Under the pieces are notes generated by a model. It saw only the letters and a program-made list of their open reading frames with translations. It did no database searches and was not told the origin of the DNA. A DNA stretch of 64,000 nt from IMG/VR virus record IMGVR_UViG_3300011115_000717, positions 1 to 64,000 of that record; one strand, 5' to 3'. The translations under genes were made by a program, and so were the position numbers. Source of the stretch: a virus. Below are positions 46,421 to 55,938 of this stretch, piece by piece (the stretch's first letter is position 1; each line of letters starts with the position of its first letter).

Positions 46421-48134
46421 ATTCAAAAAAATACGTATTAAAAACTTTGGATCATTTGGTAACTCGTTTTCCGAGATTGAGTTGGATAACTATAAGTTAA
46501 CTCTTGTAACAGGTACCAATGGACACGGTAAGTCATTTGCGTTTTTAGATTCAATAACCTTTGCACTCTTTGGTAAGCCATTTCGTCCTGTAAATATTCC
46601 TCAACTAATCAATAGTATCAATAATAAAAATTGTGTTGTTGAGATTGACTTTTTCAAGGGTAAGACCAAATATATGGTCAGACGGGGATTAGCCCCTAAA
46701 ATTTTTGAAATCTATAAGGATGACATTTTATTAGACCAAAATGCCAAATCTAAAGATTATCAGGAGATGTTAGAGCAAAATATTTTAAGTTTTGGTTATG
46801 CTGCTTTTAAGCAGGTAGTTATTCTGGGGAAAAGCTCTTTTACGCCCTTCATGCAATTAACCCCCGCAGAGCGCAGAAAGATCATAGAAGGGCTCCTGGA
46901 CCTCGATATCCTTGCTGAAATGGCAACGGTGGTGAAGGGCAAACTCTCAGATCTTAAAGGACACATTCAAACTACTCAAAGTTTGATGACCATTACGAAT
47001 GAAAAATTAAAGTCCCAAAAAGAGATACAAAAGCAGGTTAAACAAAATTACGATGATTTGATAGATCGAAATAATAATAAAATTGCAGAACTTCATGCAA
47101 AAGATAGTGTTCTGGTAGCCGCATATAATACAGCAACCAGTACTTTAAATGATTTAAAGACTAAAAGTACGGAATTAGACAAAAAGATCTTTAAATTTAA
47201 GAATTTTGTTTCTATAGAAAGTAAATTGTCTGTACAATATGAGACGTTATGTGCAGAAATATTAACAACTGAATCACAACAGTCATGTAGTTGCTGTGGT
47301 CAAGATTTGACCGAAGCAGTTAAATGTGAAATTTTGAGTTCTAAGTATAGTAGACGAGACGAGTATAAAACGGCACTGGAAGAGGTTTCTGTAAAACTCA
47401 AAGAACTTACCGAATTGGAGGAAACAAAAGAGGAATTACAGACAGTGTTGAAGAAGGCAGTAATGGACCAGACCATGGCTACTAGGGAAAAGCAAATTCT
47501 CCAAAACCGTATTGAAGAATTAACGGAAGAAAATGCTGATCTTGAAACGAAGCATCTGGACAACAACGAAATTTATGATACAATCAAAACTACCGAGCAA
47601 GAGATTAAGAGTCAAACGAAAATTTATCAAACGGCAATCAAAGAGCAGATTCATTATGATGTTGTGTATGATCTTCTGCGTGATGGCGGCTTAAAAAGTA
47701 AGATCATTCGACACTATGTTCCGGTCATCAATAATTTTGTTAATAAATATCTAGAGAAACTGAATCTATATGTTGATTTTAATTTGAACCAAGAATTCAA
47801 AGAAACAATCAAATCAAGATATAGAGATGAGTTTTCCTATCTGTCCTTCTCAGAAGGAGAGAAGCAAAGAATTGATTTAGCAATTTTGATGACTTGGCGA
47901 GAGATAGCAAAGATGAAGAATAGTTTAAACTGCAACCTATTGATATTTGATGAAATACTTGATTCATCATTAGATGCAACGGGAACTGAAAACTTCTTAA
48001 AGATACTGACCAAAATGAAAAACAAATGCTCAGTTTTTATCATCTCACACAAGAGTGATCAACTCATTGATAAATTTGATCAAGGAATACAGATAGAGAA
48101 GAAAAATAATTTCTCTAGAATAAAAACAACGTAA
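46413..48134 (+). CDS. gp46: recombination ATPase subunit gp46 (Rad50-like)
   Basis: GTNGHGKS, coiled coil with CSCC hook, FSEGEKQRID, FDEILDSSLD, ISH. Confidence 0.96.
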   Translation: MIEFKKIRIKNFGSFGNSFSEIELDNYKLTLVTGTNGHGKSFAFLDSITFALFGKPFRPVNIPQLINSINNKNCVVEIDFFKGKTKYMVRRGLAPKIFEIYKDDILLDQNAKSKDYQEMLEQNILSFGYAAFKQVVILGKSSFTPFMQLTPAERRKIIEGLLDLDILAEMATVVKGKLSDLKGHIQTTQSLMTITNEKLKSQKEIQKQVKQNYDDLIDRNNNKIAELHAKDSVLVAAYNTATSTLNDLKTKSTELDKKIFKFKNFVSIESKLSVQYETLCAEILTTESQQSCSCCGQDLTEAVKCEILSSKYSRRDEYKTALEEVSVKLKELTELEETKEELQTVLKKAVMDQTMATREKQILQNRIEELTEENADLETKHLDNNEIYDTIKTTEQEIKSQTKIYQTAIKEQIHYDVVYDLLRDGGLKSKIIRHYVPVINNFVNKYLEKLNLYVDFNLNQEFKETIKSRYRDEFSYLSFSEGEKQRIDLAILMTWREIAKMKNSLNCNLLIFDEILDSSLDATGTENFLKILTKMKNKCSVFIISHKSDQLIDKFDQGIQIEKKNNFSRIKTT

Positions 48135-48139
48135 CCGTC

Positions 48140-48328
48140 ATGAACCCAGAAAATTTTGAAAAATTTAATAACCGTCCGAATCAGAAGATGTTTAAGTCAC
48201 AAAACGGAAAGAAGCGCAATCAGCGTGAACGCCGTAATAATCGGTATCAAGTAAAAAATATAATAAATGACTTGATTGTTAATGTGGATCCAGTGTATAA
48301 TAAGCCTAATCATAATGACGAAAACTAA
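48140..48328 (+). CDS. small basic hypothetical protein
   Basis: 62 aa Arg/Lys/Asn-rich ORF filling the gp46-gp45 gap. Confidence 0.5.
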   Translation: MNPENFEKFNNRPNQKMFKSQNGKKRNQRERRNNRYQVKNIINDLIVNVDPVYNKPNHNDEN

Positions 48329-48977
48329 ATTAAAACTATCGCGTACCACACTCAGTATTTTAAAAAATCTAGCCGGAATCAATTCTAACTTATTGATTAA
48401 GCCGGGTAATGTAATCAAGACGGTTTCACCAAGCAAGACTTTGTTTGTTGAAGCCCAAGTCGAAGAAGACTTTCCGGTTGAGGTTGCTATCTGGGATCTT
48501 GGACAGTTCCTTGGAGTAGTTAGCCTGTTTCAAGATCCAGAGTTTGAGTTTGATGACAATTGTGTAACAGTTCAATCAAATAACTCTGCAGTAAAGTATT
48601 TCTATTCTGCTCCTGCCCTACTAACTGTTCCTACAAAGAACTTGATCATGCCTGCAGTATTGTATGAGTTTCCACTCACACAGGCTACTTTTTCTGAACT
48701 AAGCAAGGCATCTGCAGTGCTACAAGTCAGTGATCTTGAAATGCGTGGAGAAGATGGTGTAGTCTCTCTTACCGTATCTAAGAAGAATGATCCTAGTTCC
48801 AACTCATATACAGTAAATGTAGGCAAAACCGACGGTGATTTTTCTTATACTCTTGATATGTCAAATCTAAAGTTACTTCAGGGTGATTACACTGTATCTC
48901 TAACCGATACTGTTGTAAGTCGTTTTGCCCATGATACTATGAGTCTGAATTATTATATCGCCGTCGAAAAGAACTGA
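48315..48977 (+). CDS. gp45: sliding clamp gp45
   Basis: KLS..TLSILKN...IN...I.DL.QFL...Y.IA.E; ATG 48315 preferred. Confidence 0.95.
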   Translation: MTKTKLKLSRTTLSILKNLAGINSNLLIKPGNVIKTVSPSKTLFVEAQVEEDFPVEVAIWDLGQFLGVVSLFQDPEFEFDDNCVTVQSNNSAVKYFYSAPALLTVPTKNLIMPAVLYEFPLTQATFSELSKASAVLQVSDLEMRGEDGVVSLTVSKKNDPSSNSYTVNVGKTDGDFSYTLDMSNLKLLQGDYTVSLTDTVVSRFAHDTMSLNYYIAVEKN

Positions 48978-48984
48978 GGTAACT

Positions 48985-49938
48985 GTGAGTAATGTTTCCG
49001 ATATTTCGGATTTGATTTGGGTCGAAAAGTATCGTCCAAAATCAATAAATGATTGTATTCTTCCCCATAGCCTGAAAAGCACATTTGAAGGCATTGTAAA
49101 AAACAAGAAGATGCCCAATTTGATGCTATGTGGTAAACCCGGTACAGGGAAAACCACAGTAGCACGGGCTTTGTGTAATGAATTGGATATTGACTATATT
49201 ATCATCAACTGCTCCGAGCAGAATGGTATTGATACCCTACGAACAACAATTCGTTCGTATGCATCAACCAAAGCATTGAATGGTAACAAAAAGGTTATTA
49301 TTCTTGATGAGTTTGACTATGCAAATCCTCAGTCTATGCAGCCAGCACTACGCGGTGCAATGGAAGAGTTTGCAGTCAATTGTAATTTTATTTTGACATG
49401 TAATTACAAAAGTAGAATTATTGATCCGATTCACAGTCGCTGTACTGTTATTGATTTTGTATTCCCACCCAATGACCGATCTGTAATTGCATTAAAAATG
49501 CTTGGTAGATGTCAGCATATACTAAAGTCTGAAAAGATCAAGGGTGAACCAGAAGTTTTGGCGAGTCTCATTGTCAAACATTTTCCCGATTTTAGACGGG
49601 TTATCAATGAGATGCAAAGATATTCGGCACATGGTGAGATTGATATCGGTATTCTTACCAATACAGAAGACAGCGATATTAAAGAATTGATTGCGTTCAT
49701 GCGCAAGAAAGACTTTGGTTCTTGTCGTAAGTGGGTTGCTACGAGTTCAGAAACAGGCTCTCCTGATTTTTATAGAAAGATCTATGATATCCTGTATAAC
49801 TGTCTCAAAAAGCCTTCTATCCCATCAATGATTCTGATTATCTCGGATTATCAATACAAATCTGCATTTGTGGCTGATCAAGAAATCAATAACATGGCAA
49901 TGATTTGTCAGTTAATGATGGAATGTGAGTTTGAATAA
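48985..49938 (+). CDS. gp44: clamp loader large subunit gp44
   Basis: WVEKYRP, GKPGTGKT, ILDEFD, Q.ALRG..EEF, SRC, FPDFRR. Confidence 0.96.
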   Translation: MSNVSDISDLIWVEKYRPKSINDCILPHSLKSTFEGIVKNKKMPNLMLCGKPGTGKTTVARALCNELDIDYIIINCSEQNGIDTLRTTIRSYASTKALNGNKKVIILDEFDYANPQSMQPALRGAMEEFAVNCNFILTCNYKSRIIDPIHSRCTVIDFVFPPNDRSVIALKMLGRCQHILKSEKIKGEPEVLASLIVKHFPDFRRVINEMQRYSAHGEIDIGILTNTEDSDIKELIAFMRKKDFGSCRKWVATSSETGSPDFYRKIYDILYNCLKKPSIPSMILIISDYQYKSAFVADQEINNMAMICQLMMECEFE

Positions 49939-50318
49939 TGCAATTAAAAGACTTTCTGAATAGTATCAATTCATCTAAAGAAAACCTATTAGATGCAGAT
50001 GTCAAATCAGAAAAATTGTATTTACCGTTTATTGTAAATAAATGTCTATCATATTTTCCAGATACATTATTTACAGTAAATCAGATTAATCAGGTACCTC
50101 ATATTGATAAAAAAATGCAATATGATTATTTGTTATACTCTGTTCGAGCCAAGAAGCGATTTGCTCCTTGGATTAAAAAGGTAGAAGATTCTAAAATTGA
50201 GTTATTAAAACAAGCCTATCATATTTCTGAAAAGAAAGCCTTAGAGATAGCAGATTTGATTAATGAAGATCAATTAGCTGAAATCCTACAATCGCAGTAT
50301 ACTGGCGGACATAAATAA
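49938..50318 (+). CDS. gp62: clamp loader small subunit gp62
   Basis: LNSIN..K, Y.PFIVN.CLS...DT, QYD..L...R.KKRF.PW. Confidence 0.93.
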   Translation: MQLKDFLNSINSSKENLLDADVKSEKLYLPFIVNKCLSYFPDTLFTVNQINQVPHIDKKMQYDYLLYSVRAKKRFAPWIKKVEDSKIELLKQAYHISEKKALEIADLINEDQLAEILQSQYTGGHK

Positions 50319-50339
50319 CTCTGTTACTGAGGAGTTATT
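50311..50339 (+). promoter_or_regulatory. late promoter within an RBS-sequestering hairpin upstream of regA
   Basis: ATAAATA at 50311-50317; stem AATAACTC (50314-50321) / GAGTTATT (50332-50339) overlaps GAGGAG. Confidence 0.6.
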
Positions 50340-50762
50340 ATGTCGATTAATAATGATATATTTAAAGGGGTAGGTGTCCCTGTCAAACTTTTAAAACCAG
50401 ATAATTATTTGGTAATCAAAGAAACACTTGAACGTATTGGGGTTAGCCCCAAAAATAAAAAGGTTCTTTATCAATCATGTCACATTCTTCATAAAAATGA
50501 TAATTATATAATTGCGCATTTTAAAGAATTATTTAAATTAGATAATTTAAAATCAGAAGTATCAGAAGAAGATATATCCCGTCGTAATGCTATTATTAAT
50601 TTATTAGAAGAATGGGATCTGATTGAAGTTCTTGATGAAAGTTTGATGGAAAATATCATGCCAATTAATGGACTAAAAATTCTTCAGTATAGTGAAAGAG
50701 ATACCTGGGATCTTATCCCAAAATTTAATACAGGAACCCTTAGAAAATTTTTCTCGGAGTGA
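50340..50762 (+). CDS. regA: translational repressor RegA
   Basis: PDNYL.IKETL.RIG...LYQSCHILHK...Y.I.HFKELF.LD...RRN.I..LL..W. Confidence 0.96.
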   Translation: MSINNDIFKGVGVPVKLLKPDNYLVIKETLERIGVSPKNKKVLYQSCHILHKNDNYIIAHFKELFKLDNLKSEVSEEDISRRNAIINLLEEWDLIEVLDESLMENIMPINGLKILQYSERDTWDLIPKFNTGTLRKFFSE

Positions 50763-50765
50763 ACA

Positions 50766-52046
50766 ATGCATAAAATTACACTGTGTATGATCGTAAAAAA
50801 CGAATCGCATATTATTAAAGAATGTTTGGAGTCAGTTGCAAAGTACATTGATTATTACGTAATCTGTGATACGGGATCAACCGATGCAACCAAGACTATT
50901 ATTAAAGAGTATTTTGATTCAGTCAATATTCCCGGTGAAATCCATGACCACGAATGGGTTGATTTCGGATTTAATAGAACAAAAGCATTTGACCAATGTC
51001 GTGGAAAGACAAAATGGGTCTTGATGATTGATGCTGATGATTATATTGAAGGTAATATGCCTACAAACTTTGATGATACTATTGATGGTTATTCCGTTAA
51101 TATCATGAGAGGTAATTTTCAGTGGAAGCGTGTTCAGATTTTTAATCTTGATAACAAGCACTGGAAATACGAAGAACCAATTCACGAGTATCCAATTGCT
51201 GAACTGCCAATGAATGTACATCACTTGAATGGTGAATATGCATTCCAAGTTCGTACAGCAGGATATCGTACAATTTCTTGTGCAACTCAACAAGAAAAAT
51301 ATTGGAAAGATTATCTTCTATTAGAAGCAGCCTTACTTAAAGATCCAACCTCTTTACGTAAACAATTCTACCTAGCACAATCTGCATTTGATTGCCAGAA
51401 GTTTGATTTAGCTGAACAAGCTTATCAGAAGCGTGTTGATATGGGTGGGTGGAATGAAGAAGTTTTCTTTTCTCAACTTCGTGTAGCCTTTTGCAGAGAA
51501 CTGCAAGGTAAACCTGTTGAAGAAGTTGCAGATGCTTTTCTGAAGTCATGGGAAATTCGACCATCAAGAGCAGAACCTCTTTATCATCTATCTTGTGTCT
51601 ATCGCAAACACGGAAGACCAGCCCCAGCGTTTATGGCTGCTGTTCAAGCGTTATCGATTCCAAAACCAGAAAATGATATTTTGTTTGTAGATTCAGATCC
51701 ATATATTTGGGGAATTTTAGATGAAATTACTTCTACTGCACACAGTGTAGGTAAATTCCATTTAGGGTTACAGGCTGCAGATAGACTATTAAATGAAAGT
51801 TTGATTCCACCGGATCAAATTGAAAGAGTTCAAAAGAATCGGCAAGCATACTACAATAAAGTTATTGAGATTCAGGCACACATTGCTGAACAAAATAAAG
51901 CTAAAGTAGAAGCACAAGCTAAAGTAGATACTAAAGTAATTCCATCTACTACATTAAGTTTGACAAAACCAACTGTAAGTATGTCACCTCCAACAAAAGT
52001 ATATGGGCAGGAACATAAATTCAAGAAAAAGAAAGTAAAAAAATAG
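50766..52046 (+). CDS. GT2 glycosyltransferase with TPR-like repeats (SunS/SgtA-like architecture)
   Basis: LCMIVKNE, DTGSTD, W.DF...R, IDADD, IHE, then helical repeats (FYLAQS, P.RAEPLY.L). Confidence 0.88.
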   Translation: MHKITLCMIVKNESHIIKECLESVAKYIDYYVICDTGSTDATKTIIKEYFDSVNIPGEIHDHEWVDFGFNRTKAFDQCRGKTKWVLMIDADDYIEGNMPTNFDDTIDGYSVNIMRGNFQWKRVQIFNLDNKHWKYEEPIHEYPIAELPMNVHHLNGEYAFQVRTAGYRTISCATQQEKYWKDYLLLEAALLKDPTSLRKQFYLAQSAFDCQKFDLAEQAYQKRVDMGGWNEEVFFSQLRVAFCRELQGKPVEEVADAFLKSWEIRPSRAEPLYHLSCVYRKHGRPAPAFMAAVQALSIPKPENDILFVDSDPYIWGILDEITSTAHSVGKFHLGLQAADRLLNESLIPPDQIERVQKNRQAYYNKVIEIQAHIAEQNKAKVEAQAKVDTKVIPSTTLSLTKPTVSMSPPTKVYGQEHKFKKKKVKK

Positions 52047-52059
52047 TATCTAGTACGAT

Positions 52060-52066
52060 CTAAATA
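52060..52066 (+). promoter_or_regulatory. late promoter (CTAAATA)
   Basis: Intergenic, upstream of the collagen-like gene. Confidence 0.6.
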
Positions 52067-52090
52067 TTATACTAAGCCATACATTTATGT

Positions 52091-54277
52091 ATGGCTAGTT
52101 CTTTTAATACCATGAATGATATATCTAAATCTATTAAACTAATTAAAGAGTGCCAATATTTAACTATTGGTTCTGATTATTTTATAGTAGATCATGTCTC
52201 CAATCCAACTACAATTAAAATAGGACATGGATTCGGTGAGATCAAATTAAAAGATACCAAAAATAATGAATTTATTTTAAATGGTAATTTAAATAAAATT
52301 GGACAATTATTTAAACCAAATAATCTCTTTGAGGTTGTTGGTGGTTCGTCCTATATTTTAAAAACTAATATTGATACTTTTCAATTAAATAGCGAATGGA
52401 AAGAATTTCCTACAGCCACTTTGGTTGAACAATTCATTGATGTTGGTGTTGGTGTTTCAAGTAAAATATTTGTTGAAAAGTCTTCAAATAAAGTTGTTAA
52501 ATTTGTTGGTAATTTAAATAAAATAAACAGTTTATTTGAAGAAATTCTTATTGCTCCTGTTACACCACATCCTGTTTTAATCGTAGAACAACAAAGATCC
52601 GTAAGAACTAAAACAATTCCCGGACCAATTGGTCCAGTTGGTTTAGCTGGCGTTCAGGGTGAGATGGGTCCAACTGGTATTATTGGTACACCAGGTACCA
52701 AAGGAGATACTGGAGAAAAAGGAGACAAAGGTGACCAAGGAGACAAAGGCGATCAAGGAGAAATTGGACCCGTTGGTGAAATTGGTCCACCTGGTATACA
52801 GGGCATACAAGGAATACAAGGTCCACCTGGACAAGATGGTAGTGTCGGTCCTCAAGGTGATGTTGGACCTCAAGGATTGGTTGGTCCGCAAGGTATCCAA
52901 GGTAAACCAGGATCGAATGGACAGAATGGCAAAGATGGAATCCAGGGCGCGATTGGACCTCAAGGTCCGATGGGCGAAAAAGGAGATCGCGGCGAGAAAG
53001 GCGAAAAGGGAGATCGAGGCCAAAATGGTCTACAAGGAATCCCAGGAGTTGCCGGTACAGTTGGACAAAAAGGCGATAAAGGTGACAAAGGAGAGATAGG
53101 TCCTATAGGAATATCTCCTGTCATAACAGCCGAATATCCTGTTATATTAAAAGAAGGAAAAATTTCTTTTGATGCTCAAAAAATAACAGCACTACTTGAT
53201 CAATTTAAAAATCAAGATATACAAAAAGCAATTGATAGTTTTGCAAAAACTGCTACACCAGGTGGTGGTGGTTTAGGTATTTTATTCCTAGGATCCAGAG
53301 TTTTAAAATCAGTTAATGATATTAATTTTACTGGTAGCGGTGTTACAGTTATACAACGTGGTAAAGGTGTAGAAGTAAATATTCCTGGTGGATCTGGTGG
53401 AGGTGGTGCAGTAAATAAAATTATTGCTGGTAGTGGAATTTTAGTTTCTCCTTCTGGTGGTACTGGTGATGTAACTATAACAAATCTGATATCTGTAAAG
53501 GCTACTGAAGGAACTATTCAAGTTGCTAATGGTAGTGATTTATTTGGAGACTCGGGATTTAGATATAATTATTCGACAGATGGTTCGTTACAGACACCAA
53601 AATCTTTTAAATTGGGAACCCTAGATCCAGATAGTTTTTTACAGTTTCATGATGGATCACAACAATTTACAGCTGCCAACACCTTTACATATGGAACAAC
53701 TGCATCACCTGGATTTACTCATGGTGATCGGTGGATGTCTTCCGATACCGGTATTGAATATGTTTATGTCAATGATGGTAATACTCCGCAGTGGGTTCAG
53801 CCTACTAATACAAGTGGTGGGCAAGCATATTCTCCAGTATATGGTTCATTCTATGACACCACAACTCAAGGTGCTACTTTAGGTAATACTGGATATGCAA
53901 TGACGTTTAATTCAACAGATTACTCAAATGGGGTATCTATTGTAAGTAATAGTCGTATAACATTAGATTATACTGGAATATATAATGTTCAATTTTCTGC
54001 ACAGTTGAATAAATCAACTGCTTCAAAGTCCCATATTGATATTTGGCTAAGAAAAAATGGAACAGATATATCAAATACAAATACTTCAATGTCTTTAGCC
54101 GGATCAGATGCTAAAACAGTAGCGGCATGGAACTTTTTTGTAGGAGTGACTGCAGGAGATTATCTTCAACTTATGTGGGCTACAGATGATACAAATAGTA
54201 ATATTTTATATCAGACCGCAACTTCTGTGCACCCAGCCACACCTTCCATCATTTTAACCGTAAATAAAACAAATTAA
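52091..54277 (+). CDS. collagen-like fibre protein with BclA/C1q-like C-terminal domain
   Basis: 55 consecutive Gly-X-Y triplets; C-terminal YGSFYD...TGIYNVQFSAQL...WLRKNG...GDYLQL. Confidence 0.85.
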   Translation: MASSFNTMNDISKSIKLIKECQYLTIGSDYFIVDHVSNPTTIKIGHGFGEIKLKDTKNNEFILNGNLNKIGQLFKPNNLFEVVGGSSYILKTNIDTFQLNSEWKEFPTATLVEQFIDVGVGVSSKIFVEKSSNKVVKFVGNLNKINSLFEEILIAPVTPHPVLIVEQQRSVRTKTIPGPIGPVGLAGVQGEMGPTGIIGTPGTKGDTGEKGDKGDQGDKGDQGEIGPVGEIGPPGIQGIQGIQGPPGQDGSVGPQGDVGPQGLVGPQGIQGKPGSNGQNGKDGIQGAIGPQGPMGEKGDRGEKGEKGDRGQNGLQGIPGVAGTVGQKGDKGDKGEIGPIGISPVITAEYPVILKEGKISFDAQKITALLDQFKNQDIQKAIDSFAKTATPGGGGLGILFLGSRVLKSVNDINFTGSGVTVIQRGKGVEVNIPGGSGGGGAVNKIIAGSGILVSPSGGTGDVTITNLISVKATEGTIQVANGSDLFGDSGFRYNYSTDGSLQTPKSFKLGTLDPDSFLQFHDGSQQFTAANTFTYGTTASPGFTHGDRWMSSDTGIEYVYVNDGNTPQWVQPTNTSGGQAYSPVYGSFYDTTTQGATLGNTGYAMTFNSTDYSNGVSIVSNSRITLDYTGIYNVQFSAQLNKSTASKSHIDIWLRKNGTDISNTNTSMSLAGSDAKTVAAWNFFVGVTAGDYLQLMWATDDTNSNILYQTATSVHPATPSIILTVNKTN
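52622..53116 (+). repeat. collagen Gly-X-Y repeat (55 triplets)
   Basis: GPI GPV GLA ... GEI GPI GIS, counted from the translation. Confidence 0.95.
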
Positions 54278-54282
54278 TAAAG

Positions 54283-54289
54283 ATAAATA
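54283..54289 (+). promoter_or_regulatory. late promoter (ATAAATA)
   Basis: 7 nt before ATG 54297. Confidence 0.55.
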
Positions 54290-54296
54290 TTAACAC

Positions 54297-55928
54297 ATGG
54301 CACTAGATTTCCCTACATCACCAGCACTGAATGAAATTTACACATATGGTGGTCGTTCCTGGAAGTGGAACGGAACTGCATGGGATGTTTATAGTACCGT
54401 AAGTGGTGATGTTGTAACAAAACTTAATGGTTTGACTGGTGGTGTAACTCTTGCTGCTGGGTCAAATATTACTCTAACTCCAGTTGGTAATACCATTACT
54501 ATTGCGTCTTCTGGTGGTGGTGGTACTGGTAGTGGTGCGACTGGTGCAACTGGAGCAACGGGTCCACAAGGAAACACAGGTCCAGTTGGAGATTATGTAA
54601 GCACATTCAATGGACTCACAGGTGCTGTAACTGGTGTAACTCTTGGTGGTGCAGCCTTTACAGGACTCGTATCTTCTACAGTTGGATTCTCTGGTCCTGG
54701 AACAAATCTCATAGGTAACGCATCTGGATTGACTGCTGGTAGTGCTTCTAAAGTTCAAATTTCTGAAGCAGCAACAAGTACCGTGCATTATCTGGCTCTT
54801 GCAACTGGTACTGGTAACACTGGAATTTATATTGATACATCTGCTCCAAGATGGACATATACTCCGAGTACAGGATTACTGACTACCCCAACAGGAATTT
54901 TAACAGCACCGACTATAAATTCTAGTGGCACTGTTTATACAAATAATATTAACACTTATGTTTATGGTAATCCAATTACTATTTCTAGTGATGGTGGAAT
55001 TAATATAAATGAAACAAGTGGTACGGGTCTTGATGTGAATACCATTGGGACTATTCGTATGGGTGATATTTCTGGATTTGATAATGGTTATATTTTTGCT
55101 ATAAATGAGAGTGCTGGAGAAGTAGACTTTAGTGGTATGAGCATAATAAATGCTGGAGGAGTAGTTACAACATTCAATGGACTATATGGTGCAGTTACTG
55201 GTGTCAGTAAATTGAATGGTCTTTCAGGTGGCGTAACTCTCGCAGCCGGTACAAATATCACACTGACTCCCGTAGGAAATACAATTACCATTGCGTCTTC
55301 TGGTGGCGGTGGTGGAAGTTCTGTATATGGAGTTACTGCAAGTCTTGACTTCTCTGAAAATATTAATGGAATTCGATTGACGATTGGAGGAACTGGTAGC
55401 AATGGAACTGATCTTTCAGTAATAAATAAAGCAATTTCAATAGTTCCAACAATTTCTACATCGGGTGCAACATATTCATGTGTTTTTGTTTCTGCAACAC
55501 CTTCATATTCCACCGCCACATCGCAGTGGGCTGCAAAATTAATTTTGAAACCACCATTTGGAACAGGTGTTACATCTGCCAGTACTATTATTGCTGCCCC
55601 AATAACACAAATTTCTTTATATGTTACAGGATTAACTGGAAATACATATACAGATAATTGGACAAATATTTCAGGATCTGATTTGTATCATCAAGACGCA
55701 ACCTATGTAACTAAAACTCTCACAGGAATTACATGGGTTTCAGATAGTATGTTCTTAAACTGCAAAGTTTTAGGACTCACATCAGCAGATCACACTCCAG
55801 AGGATGCAATTCTAGAGGGTGTTAATTTCGAGATAAATAATATACTGGGAGGCACAGGGTTCGACATAATCGGACATGCTCCCGAAGGCACATACGGTAA
55901 GTACACAATTAAATGTTTAGGTCAATAA
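54297..55928 (+). CDS. fibre-like virion protein with internal repeats
   Basis: MALDFP.SP...W.WNG.AW N-terminus, GATGATGATG, duplicated NGL.GGVTLAAG.NITLTPVGNTITIASSGGGG. Confidence 0.75.
   Translation: MALDFPTSPALNEIYTYGGRSWKWNGTAWDVYSTVSGDVVTKLNGLTGGVTLAAGSNITLTPVGNTITIASSGGGGTGSGATGATGATGPQGNTGPVGDYVSTFNGLTGAVTGVTLGGAAFTGLVSSTVGFSGPGTNLIGNASGLTAGSASKVQISEAATSTVHYLALATGTGNTGIYIDTSAPRWTYTPSTGLLTTPTGILTAPTINSSGTVYTNNINTYVYGNPITISSDGGININETSGTGLDVNTIGTIRMGDISGFDNGYIFAINESAGEVDFSGMSIINAGGVVTTFNGLYGAVTGVSKLNGLSGGVTLAAGTNITLTPVGNTITIASSGGGGGSSVYGVTASLDFSENINGIRLTIGGTGSNGTDLSVINKAISIVPTISTSGATYSCVFVSATPSYSTATSQWAAKLILKPPFGTGVTSASTIIAAPITQISLYVTGLTGNTYTDNWTNISGSDLYHQDATYVTKTLTGITWVSDSMFLNCKVLGLTSADHTPEDAILEGVNFEINNILGGTGFDIIGHAPEGTYGKYTIKCLGQ
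54414..55316 (+). repeat. internal ~37 aa duplication (54414-54524 and 55203-55316)
   Basis: VTKLNGLTGGVTLAAGSNITLTPVGNTITIASSGGGG vs VSKLNGLSGGVTLAAGTNITLTPVGNTITIASSGGGG. Confidence 0.9.
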
Positions 55929-55938
55929 GGAGACTCTA

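Noticed and set aside
52643-53099. Alternative-frame ORFs over the collagen repeat
   Set aside because: By-products of Gly-X-Y codon periodicity; no RBS or promoter
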